Shown: positions 46,934 to 56,269 of the stretch, piece by piece | How the letters are laid out: each line of letters starts with the position of its first letter | Position numbering within the stretch: position 1 is the stretch's first letter | Assembly: GCA_965116885.1 (NCBI GenBank) | Contig: OZ220741.1 | Location: 1,600,001-1,664,000, forward strand | From: Candidatus Latescibacterota bacterium | GTDB taxonomy: Bacteria > Latescibacterota > UBA2968 | DNA: 64,000 bases | Direction of reading: 5' to 3' | The notes under the pieces: generated by a model | Told to the model about the DNA's origin: nothing | Seen by the model: the letters and a program-made list of their open reading frames with translations, nothing else | Database searches by the model: none | Translations under genes and position numbers: made by a program

Positions 46934-49231
46934 TTACTCTACAACGCGAAAATAAACGTATTTCCTATCTGTCTGATCTGTTAGCTTGTCCTTCGCTAGC
47001 ACCGTCAATTGGTAAATTCCTTCAGGCACCTGGGTCACATCGATCTGCAAATACGTAAAATCATCTTCTCGATTACCCTCGTAATTCGCTGTCACGGTGC
47101 GCGTCAGATCTCCATCTTTTGATCGTTCGATCTTCAAGCTCTCAGCAGCGATGTGGTGGACTTGACCTCCACTCGTATAAACCTTTGTCTCTCCCAACAT
47201 AAGGCTATCAGCAAACGCTCTGCTATTCACCTCGCTATCCTCTAATCGATCTGTCTGCAACCCCTGAGCTTCTGCTGTTTGTTCACTGCGCAGATCAATC
47301 TCTGTTTTACCCATCGTCTCAATTAGATCTTGAGAGGCGAACAAGGTCGGAGACAGGGTATCCACCTCTGGTTTGCCGATGGTGTAAGAAATTTCATACT
47401 GCGTGCTGCCAAAATCGTCGCGCTGGAGATCATACAGTTCCAGATAGATAAAGACCGATTCAGACGATGAAAATGTGCGAACTGGATTGGGGGTGATGTG
47501 CAGATCATCACGGCTTTCTGGCAATGCTTTCTTCGCTTGAATATCACTGCCGACGAGCAGATCACTCAGATGAAAGGTCTCCTTGTCATACACAAAGGAT
47601 TTCTCATCGCGTGCCACACCAATGAGGCCGGATGTTTGATCCAGCAATTCTACCGAAAAATGATAGCTGTCCTGGCGTAGGGATACCGTGCGTGAGATCA
47701 ACAGGTGATCGTTGCGATGTTGTGCAGCGGCGTTTGAGGCAGACTTCTGCGGCGGCAGAGCGAGGATCCTGGATTTGCGGTCGTTATACATATCATTCCA
47801 CTGCTGATCAAAGAAGAAGACACCATCCCAAAAACGCACCTTGCCCGTTCCAGGAATTTCTGTTAATCGGTCTTTTGGGATCATATAGCTGAGTTCGACT
47901 CGTATCCTGTTTTGTTCTTCAAAGGCAGCGATCTGATGGGGAAGGGTGTACTTTCGATTGAGATAGGGATCGACAAAGCGTTGGACTGTTTTTCGGAAGG
48001 TGTGATGCGAGGCTTCGTCGAAGTACCCCGGGTGAAAGCGGGCACCACCTTGTCCTACCTCAAAACCGCCACAGAAGCTCCAGCGATCACTGCCATTCCC
48101 GCAATATTCGATCTTAAATGTTTCGTAATACCAGGTTTCCATCATTCTATGAAATGCCCTATACGGGTCCCCTCCTACAGAAAAGAAAAAGGTTTTTCTA
48201 CGTCTATATCTTCCAAATTTGATATAGGTCTTCCCCATATCTGTCTGCCACCCTTCGACATTATCTGAAAATCGCCTGAATCGCAAATTCGCATACGCCA
48301 TGCGGCCAAAGTGTGCCATCTTTCTTTCGTTAAAATCAGACAAATAGAGTGGGTCCTGACGCTTCCAAAACATTTCGCGTTCCAATAGCGCATCGATCGT
48401 CTGCGTCGTATCGCGGGGTGCATGATCTTCTTCGGGCACAAGCAGGTCGATAGATTCAAGTAGCTCGCGTTCTTCAATACTCATCAAGTCAAGGGCGCGT
48501 TGATAGTATTCATGCGAGTCATTGAATTCGCCAATCTGATAGGCGGCAAGCCCACAGAACAAGAGTGCATTTTTGTCATCTGGATGTTGCGCGCGCAGAG
48601 CTTGCATCAAGGCGTGAAAGGCATCCCAGTATTTGTCCTCAAAGTAGAGTATGCCCAAAAAATAATAAGGTTGCTGATTGGTCCCATCTAACCGAATGCT
48701 TTTTCGCAAGACCTGAATTGCCTCTCGTTTCGCTTCCTGGGCAAAACCCCTGAAATCCCGGGTTTGAGAATTATCTTTTATTCTGAGAAATTCATACACC
48801 CAGAACATACCCAGCCCATTGAGGACATCCGTATTTTCTGGATGTTTTTCGATCACATTCTCGAATTGGTTCAATGCGCGTGACCGCAAGCCCTGTGCCC
48901 ACCAGATTTTTCCGCGTATCAGCCGATACTCAGTATCGTCGGGATCAATTGCGATTGCCTGCTGTATCATCCGCATTGCGCGCTGTCGGCCATTTACGCT
49001 GTGGTCCAGCAGATGCAGTTTGGCCAATTCATTATATGCAGGGGCATAATTTCTGTCTTTGGAAATAATCTCCTCGAAAGCTTTGATACTTTCCTTTTGA
49101 CTCACCTGACCAATTTGCTCCAGTGCATTCTGAAACAGCGCGTCTATTGCGGTTTCCCCTCTGGACGAGCCAGGTTCCAAAAGGCACGCCAACGCGATCA
49201 ATCCCAGGCGAATTGTAAATCGCTTCTTCAT
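46934..49231 (-). CDS. TPR + GWxTD domain protein
   Basis: Signal peptide, TPRs, FWKRQDP, EGWQTDMGKTYIKFG, C-terminal LSDL..YLELYDL beta domain. Confidence 0.9.
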   Translation of the reverse strand: MKKRFTIRLGLIALACLLEPGSSRGETAIDALFQNALEQIGQVSQKESIKAFEEIISKDRNYAPAYNELAKLHLLDHSVNGRQRAMRMIQQAIAIDPDDTEYRLIRGKIWWAQGLRSRALNQFENVIEKHPENTDVLNGLGMFWVYEFLRIKDNSQTRDFRGFAQEAKREAIQVLRKSIRLDGTNQQPYYFLGILYFEDKYWDAFHALMQALRAQHPDDKNALLFCGLAAYQIGEFNDSHEYYQRALDLMSIEERELLESIDLLVPEEDHAPRDTTQTIDALLEREMFWKRQDPLYLSDFNERKMAHFGRMAYANLRFRRFSDNVEGWQTDMGKTYIKFGRYRRRKTFFFSVGGDPYRAFHRMMETWYYETFKIEYCGNGSDRWSFCGGFEVGQGGARFHPGYFDEASHHTFRKTVQRFVDPYLNRKYTLPHQIAAFEEQNRIRVELSYMIPKDRLTEIPGTGKVRFWDGVFFFDQQWNDMYNDRKSRILALPPQKSASNAAAQHRNDHLLISRTVSLRQDSYHFSVELLDQTSGLIGVARDEKSFVYDKETFHLSDLLVGSDIQAKKALPESRDDLHITPNPVRTFSSSESVFIYLELYDLQRDDFGSTQYEISYTIGKPEVDTLSPTLFASQDLIETMGKTEIDLRSEQTAEAQGLQTDRLEDSEVNSRAFADSLMLGETKVYTSGGQVHHIAAESLKIERSKDGDLTRTVTANYEGNREDDFTYLQIDVTQVPEGIYQLTVLAKDKLTDQTDRKYVYFRVVE

Positions 49232-49293
49232 AGCACATCTCTTTCTTAGTCTCGAATAATTCTAAGAACCTGTTTTAAGGGGAAGACGTGAAC

Positions 49294-49324
49294 AAAAAAC
49301 CACGCTCAAAGGACGTGGTTTTTT
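49294..49324 (-). terminator. Intrinsic terminator
   Basis: AAAAAACCACG-N9-CGTGGTTTTTT. Confidence 0.75.
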
Positions 49325-49326
49325 GA

Positions 49327-51846
49327 TTAAGGTTCTGGCGGCACCTCGACATTGAACACAGCCTGTCGATTCACACGTCGTCCTGAATTTAAATCATCAA
49401 TGGCTACTTCCACCATTTTGAGACCAGGCTTCAGAGACTCTGTCTCCAATGCAAAGAAAACGGGTTCTTCTGTCGCATTCACAACCCGTTCATAGCTAAT
49501 CGTAAACTCCGGTTCTTTCGCGCCAGCAAACAACCGTCTCAATCCACCGATTACCACACTTGCTACCGCCTTGCTTCCAGACACATTTGGGCGAATTGTA
49601 TAGGTCACCCGATATTTCGCCTGACCAAACTCATCCAGCGTCAGGTTGTACACTTCGTAATACAGGTTTGCATCCTTATGGAGATTAAAACTCCTCGTAG
49701 GAGACGGTATCACCACAAGCTCACCTTTTGTAAACTTTGAGGTCTGTGAGATCTGTGAGATCTGTGAGATCTGTGAGGTATCAGATATATTATAGGCCAT
49801 TTCGATTTCACTAACGGCCAGGGAATCTTCAAATGTCGGGATTTCCACCTGCTGACGATACATACCCCACCGGCCAGATACGCGATCTGCTAACTTTACA
49901 CCCAGGGTATAATGACCAGGCGGAACATCCAGAGATGCCAATTCTACAAATAATCCTTTGTCTTGATTCTTTGCCACCTCACCTTCAAAGGCGAGCTCAT
50001 CCGTTTTGCGATAGATCGAGTCTCCTTTGGCATCAGCCAGAACAATGGTTCTTTCTACCGCCATACGAACAACTCGATCATCTACATTTTCTAAACGAAT
50101 TTGCTCTGGCGGAATGCCAAAATACACTTCCAGTGAAGAGCGTTCATTTTCTCCGCGAAAACTCACTGTATCATAATAAAATTCTAATAACTTAACACCT
50201 GGAGGAACATCAAAATACTCGGGCAACTCCGAAACTGTTTGCATGAGTTGGTATGAAGGAGAATTCAAAGAGGCATGCAGCCCCAAAGACGCATGCCAAA
50301 TCGTATTTGGTTGAAGCGGAAAATCCCAACTGCCACTCATATATCGATCAGTAAATACAAACTCCAATCCATCACCAATATTCAAATATACCCAGGATTC
50401 CCAGGGCACCCTGGTTGTCCCATCAGAAGAACGTTCAATCGGAGCAACAGGCTCAATACCCCATGATAATCCTGGAGGAATATTGAGATGCACTGTTCCA
50501 AAGGGCCCTTTAACTTCCCATAACCACTCGCTCAGAGGTACTTGATCTAAGCCAATTTTAATTTCCTCCCCAGCATCCTCATATTCAATCCGTTTCTGCG
50601 TGTCTAATTCGCGTGGATCTTCTACAGAAATACTTGGTTCGTACATCGATGGCGTTCCAGGTGTCCACGATTCACCAGGCAGCACCCGGGGCAATAAATA
50701 TCGGCTCTGTTCTTGTGCTTTATATCCGAAAGTGCGACCAAATAATTCATCTATTTTACGCATCTTAAAATTCTGAACGGCCACACTCGGTATCGAATTC
50801 TCACCTCCAGAACTGGACCTGTAATCAGGTTCTCCATACCGAATATAGACCTCACCGCGTCTATCCCACGGCTGATCCTTACGAGCAAAGAATGTACGCG
50901 CATACCACACACGTCGATAATGTTCCATACGTCGGGCATCTCCACCCAACATCAAAGCACCTTCGCGACTTTCCCAAAAGCGGGTTAAAAAATCTTCGCG
51001 CTCATCCCCAGATATGGATTCCAGTGCCTCCAGTTCAGCATCCGTAGCGATAAGCGATAGATCATTGTAATAGGCGCGTTCATCCTCAGAAACACCTTGC
51101 AAATATTCTTCAAACAGGATCAAACTACGCTCTGTATCACCTCGCGAAGCGTACCCCTGCGCTACCAATGGCATCCATCTCAAGTCATCCGAAAAACGCG
51201 CTTTTGCTTCAGCACTTATCTTCAGGACTTCATCGTAGCGATGATTTTCAAGATGTGATAATGTCAGGTGATAATATCCCATCGGATCATTTGGAAAGTG
51301 GGCGATGTATTGTTCGCAGTATTGTACTATCTCCTGCTTATAATTTAGGTGAGCTTGCTCGTACCATAAAATTAACTCGCGATATCCCGGGGCATAGTTT
51401 GGGTCCATTTCGATAACTCGGCGCAATGCTTTCTCTGTATCCTGGTTACCTAATTCTACGTGCAATAGCGCAATCTGCATTTGGGCTTCGAGATATGCAG
51501 GATCTACACCTAAAGCTTGACGAAAAGCTACAAATGCCTTTTGATCCATTCTTTCCATCATTACATAAACTTTTCCCAACCCGGTGTATGCCTCAGCCGA
51601 CTTTGCATATCGCACACCTTTGTCGAAAGCCTTCTTAGCATCCGTTAACCGCTCTTCACTTAGATATACATAACCGAGCTTTATCCAGACATCACCGTCT
51701 TTGGGGTTATCCTGTAAATGGGATGTAAGAACCTCAATGGCGTCTGTTACCGACTCGGCATTCGATTGGTCATGCGCCTCAAGCCCCCACAAGAGTTGCG
51801 GGAGTAAGAAGACGCAAAGTATCAACCAATGGTTCTTGCCAGTCAT
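49327..51846 (-). CDS. TPR + GWxTD-like domain protein
   Basis: EHYRRVWYARTFF, WDRRGEVYIRYGEPD, VPWESWVY, YYEVYNL. Confidence 0.9.
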   Translation of the reverse strand: MTGKNHWLILCVFLLPQLLWGLEAHDQSNAESVTDAIEVLTSHLQDNPKDGDVWIKLGYVYLSEERLTDAKKAFDKGVRYAKSAEAYTGLGKVYVMMERMDQKAFVAFRQALGVDPAYLEAQMQIALLHVELGNQDTEKALRRVIEMDPNYAPGYRELILWYEQAHLNYKQEIVQYCEQYIAHFPNDPMGYYHLTLSHLENHRYDEVLKISAEAKARFSDDLRWMPLVAQGYASRGDTERSLILFEEYLQGVSEDERAYYNDLSLIATDAELEALESISGDEREDFLTRFWESREGALMLGGDARRMEHYRRVWYARTFFARKDQPWDRRGEVYIRYGEPDYRSSSGGENSIPSVAVQNFKMRKIDELFGRTFGYKAQEQSRYLLPRVLPGESWTPGTPSMYEPSISVEDPRELDTQKRIEYEDAGEEIKIGLDQVPLSEWLWEVKGPFGTVHLNIPPGLSWGIEPVAPIERSSDGTTRVPWESWVYLNIGDGLEFVFTDRYMSGSWDFPLQPNTIWHASLGLHASLNSPSYQLMQTVSELPEYFDVPPGVKLLEFYYDTVSFRGENERSSLEVYFGIPPEQIRLENVDDRVVRMAVERTIVLADAKGDSIYRKTDELAFEGEVAKNQDKGLFVELASLDVPPGHYTLGVKLADRVSGRWGMYRQQVEIPTFEDSLAVSEIEMAYNISDTSQISQISQISQTSKFTKGELVVIPSPTRSFNLHKDANLYYEVYNLTLDEFGQAKYRVTYTIRPNVSGSKAVASVVIGGLRRLFAGAKEPEFTISYERVVNATEEPVFFALETESLKPGLKMVEVAIDDLNSGRRVNRQAVFNVEVPPEP
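49744..49778 (-). repeat. 9-bp coding microsatellite (SQI)n
   Basis: TCTGTGAGA x3 + TCTGTGAG. Confidence 0.85.
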
Positions 51847-51923
51847 GTCATCCTCCTGTTGACACACATTTGAATAATCAAATTCCTTACCCTTTATACA
51901 GTTTTATACAGCAATTGTTTCGT

Positions 51924-53909
51924 TCAATACCATTTGTGAACCGTATGTCCCTGGGGCATGAACCAGATCGCATCTACGATGAGGCCCAGTGCGGTTGACA
52001 GGACATAAGCCACGAGCATGCCGACGAAAAACGGTTTGGAGCGGCGGTAAAAAGGTGCCCCGCCGATGCGCAATAATGTGAATTTGATCAGCCAGGCGAC
52101 AAAGATGGTGAAGCTGGTGAGGCGGGCGAGTCCGGTGCCCGATAGGGCGAGGCCAATGGGATGCAGGGGCCACCAGGTGAATTGGTATCGCAGGAATAAC
52201 AGGGTGTACATGGCGAATGCGCCGATGAGAAAGAAATAGTAGTCGATCTCTTCCATCGGTTGCGGCGATACGATCGCGTTGACGGAATTTTGATATCCGC
52301 CTATGCCTGCGCGAATGATGAGCCAATTTGGCGAGAAATTGTACCCGCCAATGCGATAGCCCAGCCAGATTGTAAAGAGGGTGGATGAGACGATGCCGAC
52401 CACAAAAGCCACACAGAGGCCACCGAAGAGGGGGCGTTTGTTGCCGGTGATGAAGTCGGACAGGCGGTTGATGTGCGTGCCCACGGAGAAGGTAAATCCG
52501 CGGAAGTGATCGATGGCGACAGATGCCGGATAGATCAGGGCATGAGACGCCGCTGGTATGGCGCGGGCACCACCCATGAGAGCGGTTGTCAGTGTCCAGG
52601 CTCTGGATGGTGCCATGACGTAAATAAGTCCGGAATCGGCCAGGATTTTCGATACGGCACCATAGGTCAAGAACATGAATGGCAACAGGATGGCGATGAC
52701 TTTCCACGCCATGCCCGCTGCGGACAACCAGACCAGTGCGTAGGCGGTTGAGGCGGCGAGGCAGCAGAAGGCTGCGCGATAGGATATGAGTTCTCGGCTG
52801 TCGTCTATGTGCGCGTTTTTTGGATAAAGCGCTTTTTGAAATGCCTGTTTCAGATGCGCCCGCGCTATCCACACCCACCACAGAGATAGGGCGACAAATG
52901 CGCCCGTTGTTTGCCAGAGGTAGCGTTTGGAGGCGTAGTAGCGGTTAAAGGCCGGTATGCCGAGTTGATCGAGGATGCCGGATTCTACGATGAATACGAG
53001 ATCAAAGAGCCACATGCTGAACAATAATTCCAGGCTCGCAAAATACGAAAAGCATATTCCCACGGTGCTTACGAATACCCATTGCGGCGGAAAGTTCCTG
53101 CCAATGGGCACCCAGGTGCCGGCGGCGGTTGGAAATTTGGGCAGCGCGGGATGAAACCACGCGATGATGTTCCAGACGAATATCACGCCCACCACGCCAA
53201 ATCCAGTCCAGAACATCCGTCCCTGCATAAACTCGGGCAAATAGGTCCGTCCCGTGCCCGGCTGTGTGGTCAGTTCGACGATGGGCTCCATGGCGGGATA
53301 GACCAGTTTTTCGTGCTCTGCCCATTGTTTGCGCATGATGACCGAGGCACAAAAGCAGGCGAGTGCTATGGCACATACAAAGGTGAACCACCAGAAGAGG
53401 GGACCGATCCAGACGGACCAGGGCACGGGCGCACCGGCGGGCAAGCCGTCGTAGAACCAGTTCATTGCGCCGTCGCGATTGGATGGAATAATCCATTCGG
53501 GCAGGTGCGGGTGCAAAAACTCTGCCCACCGGTTTTCGGGCGAGGAAAAATAGTAGGGGGTTACGATGACGCCGACCAGATATCCGCTTACCCCGTATGT
53601 GGGACCGAGGGAACAGATAAAGCCCATTGAAAAGATCGCGAGCCATTCGCCCGGGGAAAAGGCAAAGGGTTTGCCAAAGTACCGCGCGAGCACACTGCAC
53701 ACAATCAGACACAATAGTGTGAGCATCAGGTTGCCCATGGGCATGTGGCTGTAGGCCATAAAGGAACTGTGCATGATATATCGCGCGACTGTTGCCAGTG
53801 CGTTGATTGCAATGACCAGCACAAGCCCAAAGATCAGCGATCGGACTGTGACTCCTTTGTTCGCAGGATCTGGCGAATCTGCGATTGGATATGTTCGTTC
53901 TGCGCTCAA
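51924..53909 (-). CDS. DUF6785/DUF6784-like polytopic membrane protein (OPT-like transporter candidate)
   Basis: TVRSLIFG, RKQWAEHEKLVYP, FSMWLF, WWPLHPIG; about 15 or more TM helices. Confidence 0.75.
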   Translation of the reverse strand: MSAERTYPIADSPDPANKGVTVRSLIFGLVLVIAINALATVARYIMHSSFMAYSHMPMGNLMLTLLCLIVCSVLARYFGKPFAFSPGEWLAIFSMGFICSLGPTYGVSGYLVGVIVTPYYFSSPENRWAEFLHPHLPEWIIPSNRDGAMNWFYDGLPAGAPVPWSVWIGPLFWWFTFVCAIALACFCASVIMRKQWAEHEKLVYPAMEPIVELTTQPGTGRTYLPEFMQGRMFWTGFGVVGVIFVWNIIAWFHPALPKFPTAAGTWVPIGRNFPPQWVFVSTVGICFSYFASLELLFSMWLFDLVFIVESGILDQLGIPAFNRYYASKRYLWQTTGAFVALSLWWVWIARAHLKQAFQKALYPKNAHIDDSRELISYRAAFCCLAASTAYALVWLSAAGMAWKVIAILLPFMFLTYGAVSKILADSGLIYVMAPSRAWTLTTALMGGARAIPAASHALIYPASVAIDHFRGFTFSVGTHINRLSDFITGNKRPLFGGLCVAFVVGIVSSTLFTIWLGYRIGGYNFSPNWLIIRAGIGGYQNSVNAIVSPQPMEEIDYYFFLIGAFAMYTLLFLRYQFTWWPLHPIGLALSGTGLARLTSFTIFVAWLIKFTLLRIGGAPFYRRSKPFFVGMLVAYVLSTALGLIVDAIWFMPQGHTVHKWY

Positions 53910-53919
53910 TTTTTAATTT

Positions 53920-56262
53920 TTACCTCTTACCGATTCTGAATATCCCCTCCCGAATAGCGGTCTGGGCGCTGTTGAGGTCTTTTACTGTCATGATTAACCG
54001 ATACCGCCCGGTTTCAATGCGGCCGATGTCCAGTTCGACGTAGTCGGCAGTCCAGAGGTCGCGCCCCGTTTGTTCGTATTGTACGGTGATCAGTTCCCCA
54101 TCTCTGCGCCGTATTCTGGGTTGCGAGGCGAGTTCGCGTCCTTTTTCCGGTGCTACGGCAAAGGCGACCTGGTAGCGCGTTTGCCCGAAGGTGTCTCGCG
54201 TCAGGTTGTAAATTTCAAAATAAACGAAGATGGGAGTCCCGAGAAAAAAGGTGCGGGATGGCGATGTTGTGATGCGCCATTTGTTGCGCGCAGTCGTGGT
54301 GTCGCTTTGGCTTTCGTTTGAGGAAGCCGGTTGTTCAATATGCTGTGCGATCTGTAGATCGCTGAGCATTAAACTGTCACCTGAAAAATCGTGCAGGCGC
54401 ACTTTTTCCCGATAATTGCCCAGGCGATTGGTGTTGACGCGCCACATTTGTACGGCGAGGTCATATTCGCCGGGGGATAGGGGGATGTCGATGCGGTCTC
54501 TGGCGATCAGGCTTTTTCCCCGGAGTCCAGGGGGTATGGGGATGCCTAAGTCTTCCCGCAGGCGTTTTGCTTCGCGGTTCTGGTCATCTACGAGGGCGAT
54601 GCGCCGCTCGATTACGACTGTGGTATCCGGGTCGCTGGACATTGCCACTTCGTCGATTGGGAGGCCGATGTTGATTTGCAGGTCTGTTTTGCCATTTTTT
54701 CCGCGGAATGACAGGGCCTCGTAGTAGAAGTTGAGGGGATCGAGGTCGGATGTGTCGTAGCGTTCGGGTTTTTTTGCCGCTGCTGCTGCGACTTGTGATG
54801 CAGGCGAGAAATCGTTCACCATTTGGAGGAATCTGAGCGGCGACCCGCGAGAAGCGACGTCATAAACATCTTCTCTGTCGATGGTCGGTACGGGGGCATA
54901 GCCGAAGATATTTGAGTGCATTTCGTCGGTGAATACGACTTCAATACCGTGGTTGATGTCGGGATAGATCCACACTTCCCAGGGTACGCTGGAGAAATCG
55001 TTTCCGGCTGTTACGGGTTTCCATCCGCGCAAGCCGAGGGTGCCGTCGTCTTCTTCGAGGGGGAGGTTGCTTTCGACATTTCGAAGCGCAATGCGGACGG
55101 GAAATACAGGTCCGGTGTAAGTCGCGGTTGTGCCGGGACGGCCGTAGAGTTGAAATGCCAGTTTTTCCTGGATGCGCTGCACGGGGATCGGTACGCTGGC
55201 ATTGGGCTCGCGCCAGGTTGAGCGGTAATCCGGCTCTCCGTATCGGATATAGACTTCGCCCCGCTGGTCAAAGGGGTATTTGTAACGCCCAAAGAAGGTT
55301 CGCGCGTGCCAGACGCGGCGGTAGTGTTCTGCGCGTCTCTGGCTTCCTCCGGTTGTGCCAAAAGGGTCTTTGCGGATCCAGAAGGCGTTCAGAAAGGCGT
55401 CTATATCTTCGTCTGAGATTGTGCGGTAGGATGCGATTTCTTCTGGCGTGGCGATCAGGGAAATGTCTTCATAGATTGCTTTTTCCCGTTGAGATAGGGT
55501 GCCCAGATATTTTTGAAATACGGATAGGGCGTCTTCATAGCGCCGCGAGGCCAGAAGTACTTGCGCCAATAGCGGAAGTCTTCGCGCATCGGTCATGCGC
55601 GAAGCGATCTCGGTTACGACGTTGTAGCGTTTTTCGGTCAAAAATTCAAGGGCAAATTCAAGTGCGGGCGTTTCGTCCTGTGCGCCATAGGACAGGTAGG
55701 TGTTGTAGTGGGATAGTGCCCGGGGGGTATCGCCTTTTTTGCGATAAAGACGCGCCAATAGCAGGTGGGCGGGACCATAGCGGGGATTGATTTGTAGTGC
55801 CTTGTTTGCCGCTTCTATTGCGTCTTTTTCTTTTCCGCGCGCCAGATGGGTTCTGCCGAGGACTTCGCGGCTTTCGGCGCGGTTGGAGTCGGCCTGGATC
55901 GCCTGTTTGAGATGGGAGGTCGCGCGTTTGAGTTTGTTGCGATATTCCAGTAGAACGCGTCCCAATCCGAGGTGGGCTTCCCCATGGTGCGGGTCGTTTT
56001 TCAGCGATCGCTCAAATGCGGCTTCTGCGCTGTCGGGCAGTTGTAGCCGAAGATAGAGATGGCCGATACGGGCGAGTAGCAGGGTGGAGTCCGCAGAACT
56101 GGGCACTGCTTCGTTTAATGTGTTGAGGGCTTCTCTGATCAGGGTTTTTCGCCCGAGAGCCTGAGCTTTGAGATATACGGCATCCAGGTCTGTGTCTTCG
56201 GCGGAGGCATGTCCGGCAATGCAGAAAAGTAGAAGGAAATGTACCCAATAGCGAATATTCAT
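53920..56262 (-). CDS. TPR + GWxTD-like domain protein
   Basis: FWIRKDP, EHYRRVW, FDQRGEVYIRYGEPD, YFEIYNL. Confidence 0.9.
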   Translation of the reverse strand: MNIRYWVHFLLLFCIAGHASAEDTDLDAVYLKAQALGRKTLIREALNTLNEAVPSSADSTLLLARIGHLYLRLQLPDSAEAAFERSLKNDPHHGEAHLGLGRVLLEYRNKLKRATSHLKQAIQADSNRAESREVLGRTHLARGKEKDAIEAANKALQINPRYGPAHLLLARLYRKKGDTPRALSHYNTYLSYGAQDETPALEFALEFLTEKRYNVVTEIASRMTDARRLPLLAQVLLASRRYEDALSVFQKYLGTLSQREKAIYEDISLIATPEEIASYRTISDEDIDAFLNAFWIRKDPFGTTGGSQRRAEHYRRVWHARTFFGRYKYPFDQRGEVYIRYGEPDYRSTWREPNASVPIPVQRIQEKLAFQLYGRPGTTATYTGPVFPVRIALRNVESNLPLEEDDGTLGLRGWKPVTAGNDFSSVPWEVWIYPDINHGIEVVFTDEMHSNIFGYAPVPTIDREDVYDVASRGSPLRFLQMVNDFSPASQVAAAAAKKPERYDTSDLDPLNFYYEALSFRGKNGKTDLQINIGLPIDEVAMSSDPDTTVVIERRIALVDDQNREAKRLREDLGIPIPPGLRGKSLIARDRIDIPLSPGEYDLAVQMWRVNTNRLGNYREKVRLHDFSGDSLMLSDLQIAQHIEQPASSNESQSDTTTARNKWRITTSPSRTFFLGTPIFVYFEIYNLTRDTFGQTRYQVAFAVAPEKGRELASQPRIRRRDGELITVQYEQTGRDLWTADYVELDIGRIETGRYRLIMTVKDLNSAQTAIREGIFRIGKR

Positions 56263-56269
56263 AATTGTC

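Noticed and set aside
46756..51858. DGR template/variable repeat pair
   Set aside because: Only one coding substitution, the repeat lies at the gene 5' end, and no reverse transcriptase is in the window
51904..53712. Alternative-frame ORFs (325 aa and 236 aa) within the DUF6785-like gene
   Set aside because: Arg/His-rich off-frame translations typical of GC-rich coding DNA
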